DNA of 32,000 nt from Candidatus Electronema halotolerans. GTDB lineage: Bacteria > Desulfobacterota > Desulfobulbia > Desulfobulbales > Desulfobulbaceae. Position numbers and translations under genes: made by a program. Positions 24,157 to 32,000 of the stretch are shown here, piece by piece. Each line of letters opens with the position of its first letter. The stretch's first letter is position 1. The notes under the pieces are model-generated. The model had not been told where the DNA came from and did not search any database. It saw only the letters and a list, made by a program, of their open reading frames with translations. The stretch lies in contig OW818675.1 in the NCBI GenBank assembly GCA_942493095.1, forward strand, positions 1,890,001 through 1,922,000, read 5' to 3'.

Positions 24157-25635
24157 ATGCCGCGTGTTTCTGTCATCATCCCATGTTTTAATCAGGGGAA
24201 GTTTATTGATGAAGCCATACATTCTGTCCTTGTTCAGACGTGGCAGGATTTCGAGATCATTGTTGTCAACGACGGCTCAACTGATCCTTTCACGGCCAAG
24301 CATCTGCGAGCACTGCATTTTTCAAAAACACGGGTGCTGCATACGACCAATAAAGGTCTGCCTGCCGCCCGGAACAACGGCATCCGTGAGGCGCAGGGCG
24401 AGTACATTTTGCCCTTGGATGCGGATGACCGTATCGGCCCGACCTATTTAGAACAGGCGGTCTGCCTGCTGGACAACGACCCGGAGCTGGGCATTGTTTA
24501 CTGCAAGGGCGAGTATTTCGGTGACCGGACCGGCGAATGGCTCTTACCAGACTACAGTTTGGATGAGATGCTGCTCAACAATGTCATCTTCTGCACCGCC
24601 TTGTTCCGCAAAGCTGACTGGGAGGAGACAGGCGGCTTTGACCCGGCAATGGTTCACGGCTGGGAAGATTATGATTTCTGGCTTTCCCTGATTGAACGAG
24701 GCCGGAAGGTCAAAAGAATCTCTGAGATTCTTTTTTATTACCGCATCCGCTCCGACTCCATGCTGCGCAGCCGAGAGAAAAGGCAGAAGGTTGAAATTCT
24801 GGTCAGAATTTTTCACAAACATGAGGCCCTGTACAAGCAGCACATTGATGTTCTCTTTGATCGGCTGGTGGATATCAAAGGTGTGTACCTTGAAGCAGCT
24901 CTTTTTTGCCGCGAGCAGAACAGCGAGGAGCGGTGGCTGCTCGGCAGCAGAAAGGTGGATATTCAGACCAACTGCTTGGTCTTTGAGCAGATTGCGCTGG
25001 ATGGCGATGCGGTGCTGGAGCTTTGTTTGGTTAATGAGCAGGCAATTATCAGCATCAAATCTGTGCAGATGCGGAGCAGTGATGCAGTCAAGGAAGTGTC
25101 TTTCCAGAGCAACGCTGTCTTGGTTGACGGCAGTCTTCATTATTTTAACAGCAAAAAGCCATTGCTAACCATCTGCCCGGAGCGGTCGGGACAGGACAAG
25201 ATACGCCTGACAGTTGAGCTGGATTATTTGATTATTGGCGAAGCAGTGCCGGAGCATCTCATAAAAAAACTCAACCAAGAGCTTGCGACGGCTCGGCCCG
25301 CGCTTGCCGGGTTGCAAGAATACATCAGCAGAAAAACGGCAGCACAGTCTTTTTCTCTCAAAACGATTGTGGAAAAGCTGCTGCTCTTCTGCACCAGCAG
25401 AGCTTATCGGGTTATTCTTCGTTCCGGTCTTTTTGACAGGGAATTTTATCTGAATCAATACACAGATGTTTTTTTTAAAGAAATTGATCCGCTGATTCAC
25501 TATTGCAAAACAGGCTGGCAAGAGAACCGCAAACCAAATGCCTCATTTGAGCCAGAAGCGTACAGGAAGACTTGCGAGATGCCCTCTCGAACGAATCCTC
25601 TGTTGCATTATCTTGAAACAGGCGGCAGATCATGA
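24157..25635 (+). CDS. Family 2 glycosyltransferase with long C-terminal extension (492 aa)
   Basis: Lies in ORF 24076..25635. The ATG at 24157 gives MPRVSVIIPCFNQGKFIDEAIHSVLVQT, with IIVVNDGSTD and LPLDADD (DxD). The C-terminus carries FDREFYLNQYTD...DPLIHYCKTGWQENRKPN, a motif recurrent in glycan-synthesis enzymes. Confidence 0.85.
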   Translation: MPRVSVIIPCFNQGKFIDEAIHSVLVQTWQDFEIIVVNDGSTDPFTAKHLRALHFSKTRVLHTTNKGLPAARNNGIREAQGEYILPLDADDRIGPTYLEQAVCLLDNDPELGIVYCKGEYFGDRTGEWLLPDYSLDEMLLNNVIFCTALFRKADWEETGGFDPAMVHGWEDYDFWLSLIERGRKVKRISEILFYYRIRSDSMLRSREKRQKVEILVRIFHKHEALYKQHIDVLFDRLVDIKGVYLEAALFCREQNSEERWLLGSRKVDIQTNCLVFEQIALDGDAVLELCLVNEQAIISIKSVQMRSSDAVKEVSFQSNAVLVDGSLHYFNSKKPLLTICPERSGQDKIRLTVELDYLIIGEAVPEHLIKKLNQELATARPALAGLQEYISRKTAAQSFSLKTIVEKLLLFCTSRAYRVILRSGLFDREFYLNQYTDVFFKEIDPLIHYCKTGWQENRKPNASFEPEAYRKTCEMPSRTNPLLHYLETGGRS

Positions 25636-26513
25636 AACGCACCAGTATCATCATTCTTAACTGGAACGCTGCTGAAGACACGATGAGCTGTGTCCGCCAG
25701 CTTCAGGCCTTTCTCGTGGATGAAGCGACCATCTATGTTGTGGACAATAACTCAGCTCCAGCGGATCAGGAAAATCTCCGGCAAGGCTGTCAACATGTTA
25801 TTTTTATTTGGAATGACAAGAATCTCGGCTATGCTGGCGGCAACAATGTCGGCATCCGCAGTGCTGTCAGCGAAGTACACGAGTTTGTCCTGCTGATGAA
25901 CAACGATGCCCGGATTGAGGAAAAGGATTTTCGGCTCTTAGTGCAGGCAATGGATGCAGAACCAAACTTAGGTGTTGTCGGGCCGATCATCCGTGACCGG
26001 CCTAGCGGCGCAATCCTGAACGCGGGCGGCAGGGACATAGGCCGTCATTATATTTCCCATTTTAAAGAACCATTGCAGCAGGATGCGCTCTACAATGCAG
26101 ATTATGTCTCCGGCACTGTCTGTCTCATCCGTGCCTGCTTGTTTGATATGATCGGCCTGCTGGATGAGAGCTATTTTTTCAGCGGCGAAATTGCTGATTT
26201 CTGCACAAGGGTACAAAAAAAACATTTTCGCACAGCAGTGCAGCCGTTGGCCGAAGCGGTGCATGACCTCGCCGCCTCACACGGCAACCGGGGTGGAATT
26301 TACACCTATTATACCGTCCGCAATCGCTTTCTCTACATCCGCAAGCACCTTCGTTCCTCCATTCCGGTACTCTTTCCCTATTGGACAGCCCTCCACCTTC
26401 GCCATGCCTTCCGCTGTTTGCGGGAGAAAAAACAGACCGAACTGCGGATGGTGCTGAAAGGACTTGCCCACGGTTTGCGCGGAAAATTCGGCCCGCTGAC
26501 ACCACGCAGCTAA
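25632..26513 (+). CDS. Family 2 glycosyltransferase (rhamnosyltransferase-like, 293 aa)
   Basis: ATGA overlap with the previous gene. Motifs are TSIIILNWNAAEDTMSCV, IYVVDNNS, NLGYAGGNNVGIR and LLMNNDA. Confidence 0.85.
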   Translation: MKRTSIIILNWNAAEDTMSCVRQLQAFLVDEATIYVVDNNSAPADQENLRQGCQHVIFIWNDKNLGYAGGNNVGIRSAVSEVHEFVLLMNNDARIEEKDFRLLVQAMDAEPNLGVVGPIIRDRPSGAILNAGGRDIGRHYISHFKEPLQQDALYNADYVSGTVCLIRACLFDMIGLLDESYFFSGEIADFCTRVQKKHFRTAVQPLAEAVHDLAASHGNRGGIYTYYTVRNRFLYIRKHLRSSIPVLFPYWTALHLRHAFRCLREKKQTELRMVLKGLAHGLRGKFGPLTPRS

Positions 26514-26525
26514 TCAGGAAGCAAC

Positions 26526-28799
26526 ATGGACATAAGTTTTGTACGACATATTTTAAAAAATGCTCAGGACACTTCTGTCAATTCCCCAGAGCTGGCAAGA
26601 AGCTGGGTCAACGGAACAACAGAGTATCATCTGAATCCTGACCGGGCCAATATTCTGCGACCCTTGCATCTTGGGCAGGAGCTGAATGTGCTGGAGATCG
26701 GCTGCTCCGGCGGCATTCTGTCCCGATACCTCGGCGAACAGGGGCACCGCGTCACCGGCATCAAGACCTGTCAAGAATGTCTTGATGCTGCCCGGCTGCG
26801 CTGTGCAGACATGGCCAATGTCAGCTTTGCCGCAAATGAGGAGCAAATTGCCGCTGCATTCGCGCAGAGTTATGACCTCATCCTGCTGGTGCCGCCGCTG
26901 CCGGAGTTGCTGGCTCCGGTTCTGAACAATGAAGACAGCAGCGCACCTCAAGAGCTGACCGCATGCCTGCGAATTCTTCAAGACCGTCTTGCAAATAACG
27001 GCCTGCTGGTCATCGGGGCTGGCAATCGGCTTGGACTGAAATACTGGCTGGGCGCAACGGAAGAGCACTACGGCAAAGCATATATCGGACTGTGGAACTA
27101 CGGCTCGGCTGCCCAGAGTCCCCGACTCTTTTCCCGCAACGAGTGGCTTGATATCCTTCACCAAGCAGAGCTGCCGCAATATCGTTTTTTTTATCCGTTC
27201 CCAGATCATCAGTTTGCCGACCTGATTTTGTCAGATGATTTCATCGCCACGAATCCAAATGCGCATTCACTGCTCTACCGGCTGCGGTCCAGAGATTTAT
27301 TCGCACCGAAATGGCTGCCGGATCAGGATGAGTTTCTCTACTGGAAATCACTGCATCAATCTGGTTATTTGCAGAATTTTGCCAATTCCTTTCTGATCGT
27401 CGCTGCAAAAGAACGAGATACTCTGGAACACGTTTTTCCTTATGATTTTATCCGGCTCTCAAAGAGTCAACAGCGGAAAAATTATCACACTGTCACTTAC
27501 AAAGAACGGCATCAGCCAGTTGTCATCAAAAAGCAGGTTGACAACAGCAGTTCAAATGTTCAGGAAGATGCAGCAACGATCACGCATACCCCTTCATCAG
27601 TCCCGTATATTCAGGGGCCGTTGCTTGCGGAGTTGTGGATTGATGCCTTAGTTCTTGGCGGCAGAACAGGTGATTTTAAAAAATTGCTGCATGGATATTA
27701 TCATTTTCTATTCAACAAAATTGAGCAGTCTTCCCGGCCTGGAGAATATCTTGATCTGCTGCCATTCAACATCATCCTTGACAAGGAAGGAAACTATCAG
27801 GAATTCGATCAGGAATGGGTCATTGATTGTGCTGAGATCAGCGCGGAATTCATTCTCTTCCGTGCTCTGCTCTGGTTCGGCTTTGCTCATGACATTCACA
27901 TAAGCTGCCGCATGGCAGAAGAAAATTTGACCACGCTGGCTGAATTCATTGAGTTTGGCTTTCGGCTGCTTTCACTGGATTATCCAAAGAGCCTACCCAT
28001 CTTTATTGAGCTGGAGGGACAGGTGCAGCGCAGCATTGATCCGAGTCAAGGCGCAGATCAGGTGCGGGCGGTTCTGTATCAGCCTTTTCAACAGGCAGCA
28101 AGGACATATCAGAGCAAGCTGTTCAAAACCGAGCTGTTCTGGGTAACAGAGACTGCGCCACTCTCTGCTGAGAACAGCATGAGAGTTCAAGCGTGTATCG
28201 GCTCGGAGCGGCAGACGCTTTTTTTTGCCCTGCCTGACAAGATCGAAGACCTGAAGATTCTTCGCTTTGATCCAGGAGAGCAGTCCGGTTTTCTGCATCT
28301 GCATCGGCTGACGCTTCGCCAAAGCGCAGGCAATAGCGAAGAAGGGCAAGTTCTCTGGGAAGCGGTCGGCAGCTGCAGGATTGCAGAAACAGTTATTTTA
28401 GAAAATTTGCATTACTGCCCTTCGGCCATCGGCGATGTCTTGCTGTCTGTTGGAGACGACCCCCAGATTATCATTGAACTGCCTGAATCCATCACCAAGC
28501 AAAGCGGCAAGGGCAGCCTGCAATTTGAGGCAGTGATGGACTGGCCGCATTCGTCCGATTATCTTGCTGCTCTTGATGAGATGCGGACTCAGCGACGGCT
28601 AATGACGCAGATGAAAGAAGAACATTTTTTTGTTTGTCGGCAATTGGAAGAAGAACAAAGGAAACTGGAAGAAGAACTGAGACACGCAGCGGTCATGCGT
28701 GAGCGAATTATTGCTTTAGAACATAAATTGGATGTGATACGAAGAACATGGGCTGGCAGAATTATGAAAAAAATGAAGTTGATTCCATGCCAGTTTTAA
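26526..28799 (+). CDS. WbdD-like multidomain protein: SAM methyltransferase, kinase-like domain, beta-rich module and terminal coiled coil (757 aa)
   Basis: AGGAAG lies 4 nt upstream of the ATG. Methyltransferase motif I is VLEIGCSGGILSRYL. A kinase-like catalytic-loop pattern, LDLLPFNIILDKEGNYQEFDQEW, sits at 27750-27818. A module with LKILRFDPGEQSGFLHLHRLTL follows. The C-terminus EEEQRKLEEELRHAAVMRERIIALEHKLDVIRR looks like a coiled coil. Confidence 0.7.
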   Translation: MDISFVRHILKNAQDTSVNSPELARSWVNGTTEYHLNPDRANILRPLHLGQELNVLEIGCSGGILSRYLGEQGHRVTGIKTCQECLDAARLRCADMANVSFAANEEQIAAAFAQSYDLILLVPPLPELLAPVLNNEDSSAPQELTACLRILQDRLANNGLLVIGAGNRLGLKYWLGATEEHYGKAYIGLWNYGSAAQSPRLFSRNEWLDILHQAELPQYRFFYPFPDHQFADLILSDDFIATNPNAHSLLYRLRSRDLFAPKWLPDQDEFLYWKSLHQSGYLQNFANSFLIVAAKERDTLEHVFPYDFIRLSKSQQRKNYHTVTYKERHQPVVIKKQVDNSSSNVQEDAATITHTPSSVPYIQGPLLAELWIDALVLGGRTGDFKKLLHGYYHFLFNKIEQSSRPGEYLDLLPFNIILDKEGNYQEFDQEWVIDCAEISAEFILFRALLWFGFAHDIHISCRMAEENLTTLAEFIEFGFRLLSLDYPKSLPIFIELEGQVQRSIDPSQGADQVRAVLYQPFQQAARTYQSKLFKTELFWVTETAPLSAENSMRVQACIGSERQTLFFALPDKIEDLKILRFDPGEQSGFLHLHRLTLRQSAGNSEEGQVLWEAVGSCRIAETVILENLHYCPSAIGDVLLSVGDDPQIIIELPESITKQSGKGSLQFEAVMDWPHSSDYLAALDEMRTQRRLMTQMKEEHFFVCRQLEEEQRKLEEELRHAAVMRERIIALEHKLDVIRRTWAGRIMKKMKLIPCQF

Positions 28800-28848
28800 A
28801 GAAGAGCAAATTTTGCAGCAGCATTGTTCAAACAGAAAAAAAATCAAA

Positions 28849-31002
28849 ATGAAGATAGGGTTCTTACTCGGCTCGCCAAGAATTAACGGCGGCACGTACG
28901 TCATTTATGAACACGCCTCTAGGCTGAAGCGCAAAGGGCACAGGGTTGTTCTTATCACCAAACAGGAAGTTGCAACAGCAGAACATGCGTGGCATTCCTC
29001 TGCCAGCGAGCTGGAATGGCTGATATTGGAGCAGGCCAAGAATGAATCCTTTGACATGTTGCTGGCTACATGGTGGCAGAGTCCTTTTTTGCTCCACCAG
29101 CTTGAGGCGGTGCATTACGCCTACTTTATCCAGTCTATTGAGACCCGCTTTTTTGAGCCGCCCGGCCCGGCAGACTTCAGCACCGCAGATAACCCCCTGT
29201 GGCAGAACCTTTGTGAAAAAACGTATTCCTACAAGCTGCCCATGATCACCGAGGCGTGCTGGATACAGGAATATCTCTACAAAAATTGGAACAGCTGGCC
29301 GCACTTAGTGCGTAACGGCATCCGCAAGGACATCTATACTGCTGAGGGCAAGACTGTTGCACCCCGCAGTCAAGGCCATTTCCGGGTGCTGGTGGAGGGG
29401 CCGGTTCATGTCAGCTATAAGAATGTGCCTGCAGCCTTGCGGTTAGCCAGGCAGGCCGGAGCTGATGAAATTTGGCTGCTGACTTCCTCGGACATGCAGG
29501 AACATCCAGATGCTGATCATGTCTTTTCACAAGTGCCTATTCACGAGACCCCGGCAATTTACCGATCCTGCGATCTGCTCCTGAAACTCAGTTATGTTGA
29601 AGGCATGTTCGGACCGCCGTTAGAGATTTTTCACTGCGGCGGCACGGCCTTGGTTTATGATGTCACTGGTCATGACGAATATATTGTTCACGATCAGAAC
29701 GCCTATGTGGTGCCCAAGGATGACGAGGAGCAGGTTGTCTGCCTGCTTCGGCATCTGAAGAGCAATCCGGCAGAATTAGATCGGCTTAAAAAAGGCGCAG
29801 CAGCAACAGCAGCAGCTTGGCCGGACTGGGATGTCTGTTCTGAACAGTTTGAGCAGGCCCTGCTGGCAATAGCAGCAGAACGACCGACCAGCCGGGATTA
29901 TCTTCGGCAGCATACAGAAGCACTGCACAGTCTGCTCGATCCTCTGAGCAAGGCCAAAGCGCAGGCACTCTTTGCAGAACGAGAGAAAGCGGCGCAGGCA
30001 GGCGCAGTAACTTGTCGGGATAATTTTGTTCAACTGTATTGGGATGGCGCGGGAGAATTCACCGTCAAAAAATCAAAATGGCGGCATTATCGCACTGAGG
30101 AGTCGGCCACGGTCTCCTTTGAGATACGAGCAGAAGAGACCCCGCTCTGGCTGCGGCTTGATCCCAGTGTTCAGCTTGGAATCATTGCTGTCGAATGGAT
30201 CAGAGTGCGCAATAAGACCCGTGATAGAAAAATTATGGCCTTCCGAAAAGCAGATGAATTCAGCCAGCTTTTTCTGACCGGTGATCTGACTTGGCTGTTC
30301 AGGGACAGAAAAAATATTTTCCTCTCCTGCGGGCCTGATCCAATGTTTGTTCTTCCGCAACTGAGCAGAGATTGCCTCAGTATAGGAGATTATCTTGAAA
30401 TTGCAATCAAATTAAAAGAAAGTGGGGTCCAGCAATTTTTTGCCGAACAGCAAAGCCAAGGCAACTGTCAAGAGAAAAACAGCAGCGACAATGTTCTGCG
30501 GTTGTATTGGGACAGCAGCGGCAAGTTCACTGCCGAGCAATCGCAGCAGCATCTATATCCGCCAGGAGAAAGCACCACTGTCTCTTTCACTCTGCCGGTC
30601 AAGGAGATGCCGCTCTGGCTCCGGCTTGATCCCAGCCGCCGGACCGGCATCATTGAACTCCATCACCTCACGGTGCGCAATGTGACGCGGAATCAGAAAA
30701 TTATGACATTCCGGCAGCCGGATGACTTTAAAACGCTGTTTTTGACTGGTGATCTGACGTGGCCTGCTCCTGCCCGGAGAAATATTCTCTTGGCGGGCGG
30801 GGCAAATTCGATCTGCATCCTGCCGCAACTGCAAGAAAACGACGCTGCGCCGGGTGATTTGCTGGAAGTCACGGTCTGCCTGAAGGAAAGCAGTCTGCCG
30901 CAGTTTCTGGCCGGGCATCAGATCAGCCTTGCCGACCGGACCTCCTCCCGCTGGCAACGCCTGTTTCAGTGTCTCAGAGGACAGCTTTGCTCGCCGCAAT
31001 GA
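28849..31002 (+). CDS. GT4-type (GT-B) glycosyltransferase fused to two tandem 156-aa repeat modules (717 aa)
   Basis: The ORF opens at TTG 28813 and the first ATG at 28849 gives MKIGFLLGSPRINGGTYVIYEHASRLKRKGHRVVLI, a typical GT4 N-terminus. The later motif SYVEGMFGPPLEIFHCGGTALV is EX7E-like. No SD is visible; the start is preceded by an A-rich tract. Confidence 0.75.
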   Translation: MKIGFLLGSPRINGGTYVIYEHASRLKRKGHRVVLITKQEVATAEHAWHSSASELEWLILEQAKNESFDMLLATWWQSPFLLHQLEAVHYAYFIQSIETRFFEPPGPADFSTADNPLWQNLCEKTYSYKLPMITEACWIQEYLYKNWNSWPHLVRNGIRKDIYTAEGKTVAPRSQGHFRVLVEGPVHVSYKNVPAALRLARQAGADEIWLLTSSDMQEHPDADHVFSQVPIHETPAIYRSCDLLLKLSYVEGMFGPPLEIFHCGGTALVYDVTGHDEYIVHDQNAYVVPKDDEEQVVCLLRHLKSNPAELDRLKKGAAATAAAWPDWDVCSEQFEQALLAIAAERPTSRDYLRQHTEALHSLLDPLSKAKAQALFAEREKAAQAGAVTCRDNFVQLYWDGAGEFTVKKSKWRHYRTEESATVSFEIRAEETPLWLRLDPSVQLGIIAVEWIRVRNKTRDRKIMAFRKADEFSQLFLTGDLTWLFRDRKNIFLSCGPDPMFVLPQLSRDCLSIGDYLEIAIKLKESGVQQFFAEQQSQGNCQEKNSSDNVLRLYWDSSGKFTAEQSQQHLYPPGESTTVSFTLPVKEMPLWLRLDPSRRTGIIELHHLTVRNVTRNQKIMTFRQPDDFKTLFLTGDLTWPAPARRNILLAGGANSICILPQLQENDAAPGDLLEVTVCLKESSLPQFLAGHQISLADRTSSRWQRLFQCLRGQLCSPQ
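30019..30912 (+). repeat. Intragenic tandem duplication, 2 x about 426 nt with a 468-nt period
   Basis: Repeat 1 (30019-30444) reads DNFVQLYWDGAGEFT...TVSFEI...PLWLRLDPSVQLGIIAVEWIRVRN.T...KIMAFR..DEF..LFLTGDLTW. Repeat 2 (30487-30912) reads DNVLRLYWDSSGKFT...TVSFTL...PLWLRLDPSRRTGIIELHHLTVRNVT...KIMTFR..DDF..LFLTGDLTW. At DNA level, CCGCTCTGGCTGCGGCTTGATCCCAG matches CCGCTCTGGCTCCGGCTTGATCCCAG at 25 of 26 positions. Confidence 0.85.
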
Positions 31003-32000
31003 GCCGCTCAAGAGCAGCCAAGCGATATTGCCTTCAGTTCTTCTGCACTGTCTTTTTTCTCTTCAGCATCTTGCTGGGCTATGGCTTCATTTTTGATCCG
31101 TGGCAGCTTTTTCACCAGCCGTGGTTCAGATCACAGGCGTTCATCAGCAATGCCCGCTTTCAGAATGCAGGTTTGATCAACAGCTACGACTTTGATGCAG
31201 CGATTCTCGGCAACAGCATGGCGGAAAATTTTTCCGCGCACGAGGCATCGCAGGTGCTGGGCGGCACCTTTATCAATCTCTCCATGGCTGGTTCCTTGTT
31301 CAGCGAGCGGCAGATAGTGCTTGAGCATCTTTTTCGCAAAAAAAAAATTAAACAGCTCATCATCTCGCTCGATCATATGCCGAATATTCAGCCTGGACAG
31401 TACAATCAGGACCTGCCGCCGGAAAAATACGCCTTTCTCTATAATTGGAATCCATTGGACGACTTTCGTCTCTACTTTGATGTCAAGCTGTTCCGCTGCT
31501 GGAACTTCATGGAGAAGAACTCCTGCTGGCAGGAAATTCCCGGCGCGGCCAGAGTAAAATCTCTGGAGGAGCTGTATAAATGGTTTCCCTATTATGTCAA
31601 TGCCTTTGGCGGGGCTGATGCGTGGTGCGGCTGGAGCAGGCAGTCTCAGGCCTTCAAAGTTTTTCTGAAAGAAATCATCCGGGTTGCAGCTGAAATACAA
31701 CAGGGCAACAAAGACCACTGGACCGATGAACTCACTGCCGAATGCCGACATAACAGTCGTGCCGCTTTTGAACAGCATATTCTGCCGTTGATCAAAGCGC
31801 ATCCAGAGACAAAGTTTCTCCTCTTTTTTCCGCCCTATTCAAGACTGTGGTATGCCATGCAGGAGCAGTATTATGTCGGCTATTACCAAAGCTATATTCT
31901 TTTCCTGGAAGATATGGTCAACACAGTTGAAAAACTTCCCAACGTCCAGCTCTTTGGTTTTGACAATCAGCCATTCACTGCCGATATTGCCAATTACAAA
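30999..32000 (+). CDS. Membrane-anchored hypothetical protein, 5' partial at the window end (334 codons, no stop); possibly SGNH/DltD/AlgJ-like
   Basis: This ORF is not in the supplied track because it runs off the window. The ATG at 30999 overlaps the upstream stop (ATGA). I translated all 334 codons by hand and found no stop. The N-terminal TM segment is YCLQFFCTVFFLFSILLGYGFIF, followed by FDAAILGNSMAENF, which resembles SGNH block I with N in place of D. The family call is weak. Confidence 0.6.
   Translation, partial: MSRSRAAKRYCLQFFCTVFFLFSILLGYGFIFDPWQLFHQPWFRSQAFISNARFQNAGLINSYDFDAAILGNSMAENFSAHEASQVLGGTFINLSMAGSLFSERQIVLEHLFRKKKIKQLIISLDHMPNIQPGQYNQDLPPEKYAFLYNWNPLDDFRLYFDVKLFRCWNFMEKNSCWQEIPGAARVKSLEELYKWFPYYVNAFGGADAWCGWSRQSQAFKVFLKEIIRVAAEIQQGNKDHWTDELTAECRHNSRAAFEQHILPLIKAHPETKFLLFFPPYSRLWYAMQEQYYVGYYQSYILFLEDMVNTVEKLPNVQLFGFDNQPFTADIANYK

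Noticed and set aside
31131-31802. 223-aa minus-strand ORF listed in the track
   Set aside because: The plus-strand frame starting at 30999 is open for all 334 codons to the window end. It is translationally coupled to the upstream gene and has a plausible TM anchor. The minus ORF is its shadow.

Overview
This looks like chromosomal DNA from a Gram-negative bacterium, about 55-60% GC with several AT-rich patches. A Desulfobacterota-like origin is only a guess, based on the two-CW domain. I found no rRNA, tRNA, CRISPR array, transposase or integrase.

Gene order:
- 1-2.5 kb: a small two-CW-type Cys-rich protein, convergent with an HU-like/DUF4469-like DNA-binding protein. A 7 x 23-bp array of dyad-symmetric sites follows, then a low-GC secreted protein with 16 Cys.
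- 2.7-5.9 kb: two tandem paralogous porins and an orphan PhoB/OmpR-type response regulator.
- 5.9-7.2 kb, minus strand: a translationally coupled CGGC-domain / SAM-methyltransferase / J-domain operon.
- 7.3-8.4 kb: an AT-rich secreted ORF and about 0.5 kb without a convincing gene.
- 8.4-11.5 kb: galU and priA.
- 11.6-17.0 kb, minus strand: a lower-GC five-gene cassette of uncharacterised cytoplasmic proteins. In transcription order they are a ferritin-like protein, two paralogous nitrobindin-like barrel proteins, a small I78-like protein and a 497-aa ThuA/GATase1-like protein. An imperfect 60-bp direct repeat copied from the 3' end of priA brackets the cassette.
- 17.3-18.3 kb: a protein with two AMIN domains.
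- 18.8-32.0 kb: an ABC-transporter-dependent surface-glycan cluster. It holds fcl, wzm, a wzt with a C-terminal glycan-binding domain, three methyltransferases with coiled-coil tails (one with WbdD-like methyltransferase-kinase architecture), two GT2 enzymes and a GT4 with a tandem 156-aa repeat. It ends with an open-ended ORF that is missing from the supplied track.

The best candidates for new biology are the bracketed five-gene cassette and the 23-bp operator or iteron-like array.
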